Below are positions 27,626 through 32,000 of a stretch of 32,000 bases of DNA, piece after piece. The position numbers and the translations under genes were made by a program. Origin of the DNA: Candidatus Saccharimonadota bacterium (GTDB lineage: Bacteria; Patescibacteriota; Patescibacteriia; 2-12-FULL-60-25); the NCBI GenBank assembly GCA_016699205.1, contig CP064964.1:600001-632000 (forward strand), written 5' to 3'. The notes below the pieces were generated by a model that saw only the letters and a list, made by a program, of their open reading frames with translations, had not been told where the DNA came from and made no database searches. Every line of letters starts with the position of its first letter. The first letter of the stretch is position 1.

Positions 27626-28708
27626 TTACTCGGCAGGCGGAACCTCCTCGGATTCATCCTCGGGAGCGTCGGCCTTTGTCGTAGATAAGCCACTTTGTTC
27701 ACGTTCCTGCCAGGTCGCGATGGCTTTTTCACGCATTTCTTTCATAAGGGCTGGGCGCTCCTTAAGTGCGAGCTTGGCATTCTCGCGGCCGACACCGAGC
27801 TTCTCGCCTCCAAAGGAGTAGGAGTTGCCGGACTTGTTCACGACGCCGAGTTCTACACCCGCGTCGAGCAAGTCGCCCGGAACAGAGATGCCCTCGTTGT
27901 ACATGATGTCGAATTCCGTGGTGCGGAACGGAGCGGCGACCTTGTTTTTCACGATTTTTACTTTCACACGGTTACCGATGATCTTCTCCCCCATCTTAAT
28001 CTGGGCCGAGCGGCGAACCTCGATACGCATCGAAGAGTAAAACTTGAGAGCGGTGCCGCCCGTCGTTGTTTCCGGGTTTCCGAATACAACGCCAATTTTC
28101 ATACGGATCTGGTTGATAAAAATGACCGTGGTCTTGGAGCGCGAGATGATACTCGTGAGCTTACGCAAGGCTTGCGACATGAGGCGCGCCTGCAAACCCA
28201 TGTGGTGATCGCCCATTTCACCTTCAATTTCTGCGCGCGGCGTCAAAGCGGCAACGGAGTCGACGACGATGACGTCGATGGCGTTTGAACGAACCAGCGT
28301 TTCTACAATGTCGAGCGCTTGTTCTCCCGTGTCTGGCTGAGAGATGAGCATTTCATCGACATTTACTCCGATTTTGCGAGCGTAGTCTGGATCGAGAGCG
28401 TGTTCTGCGTCGACGAAAGCGGCGATGCCGCCCATCTTTTGTGCTTCCGCGATGATGTGCTGGGCGAGCGTTGTCTTACCAGAAGCTTCTGGACCGTAAA
28501 TTTCTATGATGCGGCCGCGCGGGACACCGAATACGCCGAGGGCGAGGTCGAGAGAGAGACAACCAGTTGGAATGGCGTCGACTTCCATCTTGCGGGCTTC
28601 CCCAAGACGCATGATGGAACCGTCTCCGAACTTTTCTTTGATCTGATCGATTGCGGTTTGGGCTGCGGCTGATCGGCCTTTTTGTTCGTCGCTAACTTTT
28701 TTTGCCAT
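27626..28708 (-). CDS. recA: Recombinase RecA
   Basis: 360 aa with Walker [10 protein letters not shown] and conserved L1/L2 regions ([20 protein letters not shown]). Confidence 0.98.
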   Translation of the reverse strand: MAKKVSDEQKGRSAAAQTAIDQIKEKFGDGSIMRLGEARKMEVDAIPTGCLSLDLALGVFGVPRGRIIEIYGPEASGKTTLAQHIIAEAQKMGGIAAFVDAEHALDPDYARKIGVNVDEMLISQPDTGEQALDIVETLVRSNAIDVIVVDSVAALTPRAEIEGEMGDHHMGLQARLMSQALRKLTSIISRSKTTVIFINQIRMKIGVVFGNPETTTGGTALKFYSSMRIEVRRSAQIKMGEKIIGNRVKVKIVKNKVAAPFRTTEFDIMYNEGISVPGDLLDAGVELGVVNKSGNSYSFGGEKLGVGRENAKLALKERPALMKEMREKAIATWQEREQSGLSTTKADAPEDESEEVPPAE

Positions 28709-28794
28709 ATATGGGTGTTCGATTTATGTTCTATACGTTATATCTCCGACATGAGCATGTGAAGTGTGGATAAGTCTTATTCGCGCTACACGCT

Positions 28795-29202
28795 TCACGC
28801 TGCACGCGACATTGCAGTCTTATCAGCAGCTTTATCGAGCTTCGCCTCACTCTTTATAGAACGCGCTAGGATTCCCCAGAGCATACGACCTACCTCGTCT
28901 AAATTTTCCAAAAGACCTTTTACATCCGCATCGGTCGACCAACCTTGTCGCACAGCAAAGCTTACGATGTACTTTGATTCCTGAACGGAACCGTAAGCAA
29001 TGTCGGCAAAGTTGCGATTTACTGCACGGCTCTTCCTTGCGAATCCTTCGGTATAGTTCAGAGCTACTGAGAGCGCGGCGCGTCTGAGCTGGCTTACCGC
29101 GCCATGGATCTCATCCTTGGGAAATCGAAGGCTTAGTGAATATGCATCGTCCACCATTTTATCAATTGAATTTTTTAGCTTGGAATGAAATGCGGTTGGC
29201 AT
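28795..29202 (-). CDS. Four-helix-bundle protein (23S rRNA intervening-sequence protein family)
   Basis: Track ORF 28795-29319 trimmed to the ATG at 29202. Family signature SQLRRAALSVALNYTEGFARKS...IAYGSVQES. Confidence 0.8.
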   Translation of the reverse strand: MPTAFHSKLKNSIDKMVDDAYSLSLRFPKDEIHGAVSQLRRAALSVALNYTEGFARKSRAVNRNFADIAYGSVQESKYIVSFAVRQGWSTDADVKGLLENLDEVGRMLWGILARSIKSEAKLDKAADKTAMSRAA

Positions 29203-29282
29203 AAATATGTAGCGAGACGCGTGTTGCGCGCCGCGTGAAATGATTAGAAAAGGGACCCCACAGATCATGGGGCCCCTCGTGA

Positions 29283-30164
29283 TCAGTAGGAACGTCCGGG
29301 ACATGCGGGCAGTCCGCATTGAACTGGAACGAGAGGACGAATGATGTCTCCGCCGGGGTCGTAGCAGACTTGGACAGGAACGGTGTGGCCATCGATCGTG
29401 ACGGTGACCCCGGCATCTGTAGCGCGAGATCCTTCGAGGGAATCCCAGCGACGAACGCCGTCCCAGTCACCGCAGAAGGCGGTGAAGGCGGCCCAGCCGA
29501 GCCAGTCGTCACGGATTGCGACATCGAGCGTATCGCCGGGCGTTGAACGATACTCTTCCGAGGCGCCACCTGCTCCCCAAAGGACGAGCGTCCAACCTTC
29601 GGCGCAAACTCCTAGGCGCGTGTTGGGCTCGAGATGAATACGGGTCATCGCCTCTTCACAGACCCAGCTGGTTGCGGGGTTAGTGCTACAGCTTTCGTCG
29701 ACGAGACCGTTGCAGTCGTTGTCGAGCGTGTCGCCGCAGATCTCGTCGAAGGTGTGGCAGGAGGTGCTCCAGGAGCAGGTTGGCGCTTCGCATTCGCGAT
29801 AGCCGTTGACGCCGCAGCTCGTGACACAGATCTCCCCCATTCTGCCGAGCGGACAGAGGAAATCTTCGTCGACACGAGTGTCGAGGTCATCGTCTGTGCC
29901 GTTGCAGGACTCGCGCATCGGCGTGCGCGGGACGAATGCGTCGACAGGACGCGTGGCTGCATCGACAGAGACCGCGATGTCCGATGGACGGAAAGCGTCC
30001 GTGGCACTCGGCGGCGAGCGGGCATCGAGCGTGTCGAATGTCCTCGTACTTCCGCCGTCGCGACGACGACTGAAGCTCTCGCCGCCTTTGGCGCATCCGG
30101 CGATTGCGGGCCAAAGAAAGATGAAGTTGAAACTGACCAAGAGATAGATGAACCATCGACGCAT
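29283..30164 (-). CDS. Cys-rich lipoprotein with acidic Cys-x-Asp-rich (putative metal-binding) motifs
   Basis: Start trimmed to ATG 30164, preceded by GGGAGG. Signal peptide plus lipobox: MRRWFIYLLVSFNFIFLWPAIAGC. Motifs CNGTDDDLDTRVDE and CGDTLDNDCNGLVDE. Confidence 0.75.
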   Translation of the reverse strand: MRRWFIYLLVSFNFIFLWPAIAGCAKGGESFSRRRDGGSTRTFDTLDARSPPSATDAFRPSDIAVSVDAATRPVDAFVPRTPMRESCNGTDDDLDTRVDEDFLCPLGRMGEICVTSCGVNGYRECEAPTCSWSTSCHTFDEICGDTLDNDCNGLVDESCSTNPATSWVCEEAMTRIHLEPNTRLGVCAEGWTLVLWGAGGASEEYRSTPGDTLDVAIRDDWLGWAAFTAFCGDWDGVRRWDSLEGSRATDAGVTVTIDGHTVPVQVCYDPGGDIIRPLVPVQCGLPACPGRSY

Positions 30165-30716
30165 GGGAACCTCCCGACCGCACCCAACACTCATTGTAGG
30201 CACGGCCGGGGATTACCCGGCGCAGAATCTCGACCGGAACAGGAGGTAGTTGGTCGTCCTACCAGCATCGAGTCAGGCGCGGCACGACCACTGATGAGTC
30301 AGAGTCATTTTGCCCGCCCAACCCAACACTCCCCGTCCGGCAACGCACATTGTCCAACCAGCCTTTCGGCATGACCTAGAACCGCAAGCATGGAACGGTC
30401 CGGATCATGGACACCACTCGGGCCGGTTATTTCCCGAGCGCATCCCTCAACCAGCAATGCACTGTTCTTGTTCCGACGTTCGGAACTTGTGAATGTCCGC
30501 GACACATACGGGCTTTTGACTCCCTCGTGTCTGATTCCAGAATAGGAATTGACGATAGGCGCGTCAAAAAAGTTGTTTGTCTTTTTTGACATAACATTTC
30601 TTCATGTAAAAATCTTGCAGACATTAAGAGCCGGTCTCTCTATTGATATTGTTTATCGATTAAAACATCCCGCATGCGCTGACAGAATTGAAATTTGGGT
30701 TGTGGATTGTTTTATT

Positions 30717-31883
30717 TTAACGACGCGTGGATAACTTTTTCCATGCCCACCAAATAACGATGTAACAACCGATCATGAACCATGGAGTTACACCTAAACC
30801 CGACCAAGAACCCCAACCGATATTCTCGGCGGTCGTTGCGATCCATAGCAGTGCGGATAAAAATCCTTGGGCTGGGAGCGTGAATGGCGAGGATGGTATT
30901 GCGAGCGCGATGAGACCGCTGCCCATCGCCCACGGGATGAGAGGGATGGCAAAAAGATTGGTGATGATGCCAACGACGGTCGCTTGTCCAAAAGCCCAAG
31001 CGGCGTATGGCGTCGTCATTAACGTAGCAGCGAGCGTGGTTGAGACGCCCTCGCGAATACCATCCCAAGGAATCTTCTTTTCAAAATACTCGTCAAAGCG
31101 TTGGCCCCAAGTCATGAGGCCAAGGGTTGCCAGGAATGAAAGTGCGAAAGAGGGATCGTAAACGAGCGACCACGGCTTCCATGCAGCAAAGATCGAAGCA
31201 GCTACGAGTAACAGACGTTTCGTTGATGGTAGTCGGCCAACGACGGGGGCAAGTGCTACCAGCCAACCCATAATTGCCGCGCGTACTACGGGTGCTTGAG
31301 GCGCGACGAGCCAGACAAAGGCGATCAGAACACCCGTTAAAAGTAAAAAGGCTTTTCTGCGTGAAAGATGAAATAGATTAAAGAGCTGCATCGCGGCCAT
31401 GACAACAATCATTACGTTGGAACCCGAGACAGCGACGAGATGCGTCATGCCGGCCGTGCGGAATGCATCGCGTGATTCTTTGGTGAGACTTCTTTCTCCG
31501 TAGAGAATTCCCGCGAGGAGAGCGCCTTCATCGCCGGGCAAGCCTTGGCGAATGCGGCCTGAGAGATAGTCACGGTAGGGATTTGGGGCATTGCGCGTGT
31601 AAGCAAAGCCGCTTGGATCGAGGAAGCGGAGGTTGGGCGGAATTGATGAAGATTCAAAACGCCAAAGACCTAACAAGAAAGCGAGCGTGACGAGAAAGAC
31701 GTAACGAAAAATGGATTTTGATAAAAGGAGAGCGATGAATAACGCTAGAGCAGAAGCGATCGAGAGATATTGCATGCCGATGGATGCGTAGGGCCATGGG
31801 CTATGGATAGCGATGCCTAAAAGAAATGCGGCAAAAAGCCACCCGGAGAATTTCCAGAATGAAATCGGCTTGATCGCGCTCAC
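30717..31883 (-). CDS. comEC: ComEC/Rec2 family competence protein (membrane channel domain)
   Basis: 388-aa polytopic membrane protein with the GMTHLVAVSGSNVMIV competence-domain motif. Confidence 0.85.
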   Translation of the reverse strand: MSAIKPISFWKFSGWLFAAFLLGIAIHSPWPYASIGMQYLSIASALALFIALLLSKSIFRYVFLVTLAFLLGLWRFESSSIPPNLRFLDPSGFAYTRNAPNPYRDYLSGRIRQGLPGDEGALLAGILYGERSLTKESRDAFRTAGMTHLVAVSGSNVMIVVMAAMQLFNLFHLSRRKAFLLLTGVLIAFVWLVAPQAPVVRAAIMGWLVALAPVVGRLPSTKRLLLVAASIFAAWKPWSLVYDPSFALSFLATLGLMTWGQRFDEYFEKKIPWDGIREGVSTTLAATLMTTPYAAWAFGQATVVGIITNLFAIPLIPWAMGSGLIALAIPSSPFTLPAQGFLSALLWIATTAENIGWGSWSGLGVTPWFMIGCYIVIWWAWKKLSTRR

Positions 31884-31923
31884 TCTCTACTCCGTTCCAC
31901 GGAACGTTCGGCTCTGTCAATCC

Positions 31924-32000
31924 TTATGCTCCGATTCTGAAATAGCAAACATCGCCATCCTGCATGATGTAGTCTTTTCCTTCGATGCGCGTCTTTCCCT
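31924..32000 (-). CDS. ychF: Ribosome-binding ATPase YchF, C-terminal end (gene continues beyond window end)
   Basis: Reverse translation ...GKTRIEGKDYIMQDGDVCYFRIGA*, matching the conserved YchF C-terminus (EGKDYxVQDGDxxxFRF). Confidence 0.6.
   Translation of the reverse strand, partial: GKTRIEGKDYIMQDGDVCYFRIGA

Noticed and set aside
28717-28731. Possible LexA/SOS box (GTTCGATTTATGTTC) just upstream of recA.
   Set aside because: It is a direct GTTC...GTTC arrangement, not the palindromic GAAC-N4-GTTC (Cheo) or CTGT-N8-ACAG type. This is insufficient to call.

Overview
This is a 32-kb bacterial chromosomal window. Its backbone is housekeeping genes, all on the minus strand: gyrA (1315-3783), a small membrane protein, an MBL-fold hydrolase, ruvC, rpoC (8442-12380), rpoB (12405-15869), a RodZ-like HTH membrane protein, ftsK, recA, a four-helix-bundle (23S-IVS-type) protein, a Cys-rich lipoprotein, comEC and the 3' end of ychF. 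A partial deoxyribosyltransferase-like gene runs off the left edge. The backbone is interrupted by plus-strand segments whose codon choice looks different by eye. They use CTC/CTG, GAG, AAG and GC-rich third positions, whereas the core genes use TTG/GAA/AAA often. Island A (about 5.65-8.33 kb) holds a GNAT, a YkuD-type L,D-transpeptidase and three ORFans as single-gene units, with a hairpin-plus-TTGACA-promoter module repeated three times. Island B (about 16.4-24.4 kb) holds 9-12 co-oriented ORFans in which I recognise no family or catalytic motif. Its intergenic spacers are unusually long and hairpin-dense. It also contains a covarying hairpin family, a conserved post-stop motif and a roughly 190-nt structured leader with an 18-bp long-range helix. 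Between the rpoB promoter and Island B lies an AT-rich 200 bp carrying GCTAA-N2-TTAGC palindromes and a perfect DnaA box. A short inverted-repeat family (GTCACGCATCATA) links a core locus to Island B, and a REP/MITE-like palindrome occurs at three loci. I found no rRNA, tRNA, CRISPR array, transposase or integrase. Island B with its upstream operator cluster is the best candidate for an undescribed system, but its function cannot be derived from sequence alone. Every homology call is from memory of family motifs, not from a database search.
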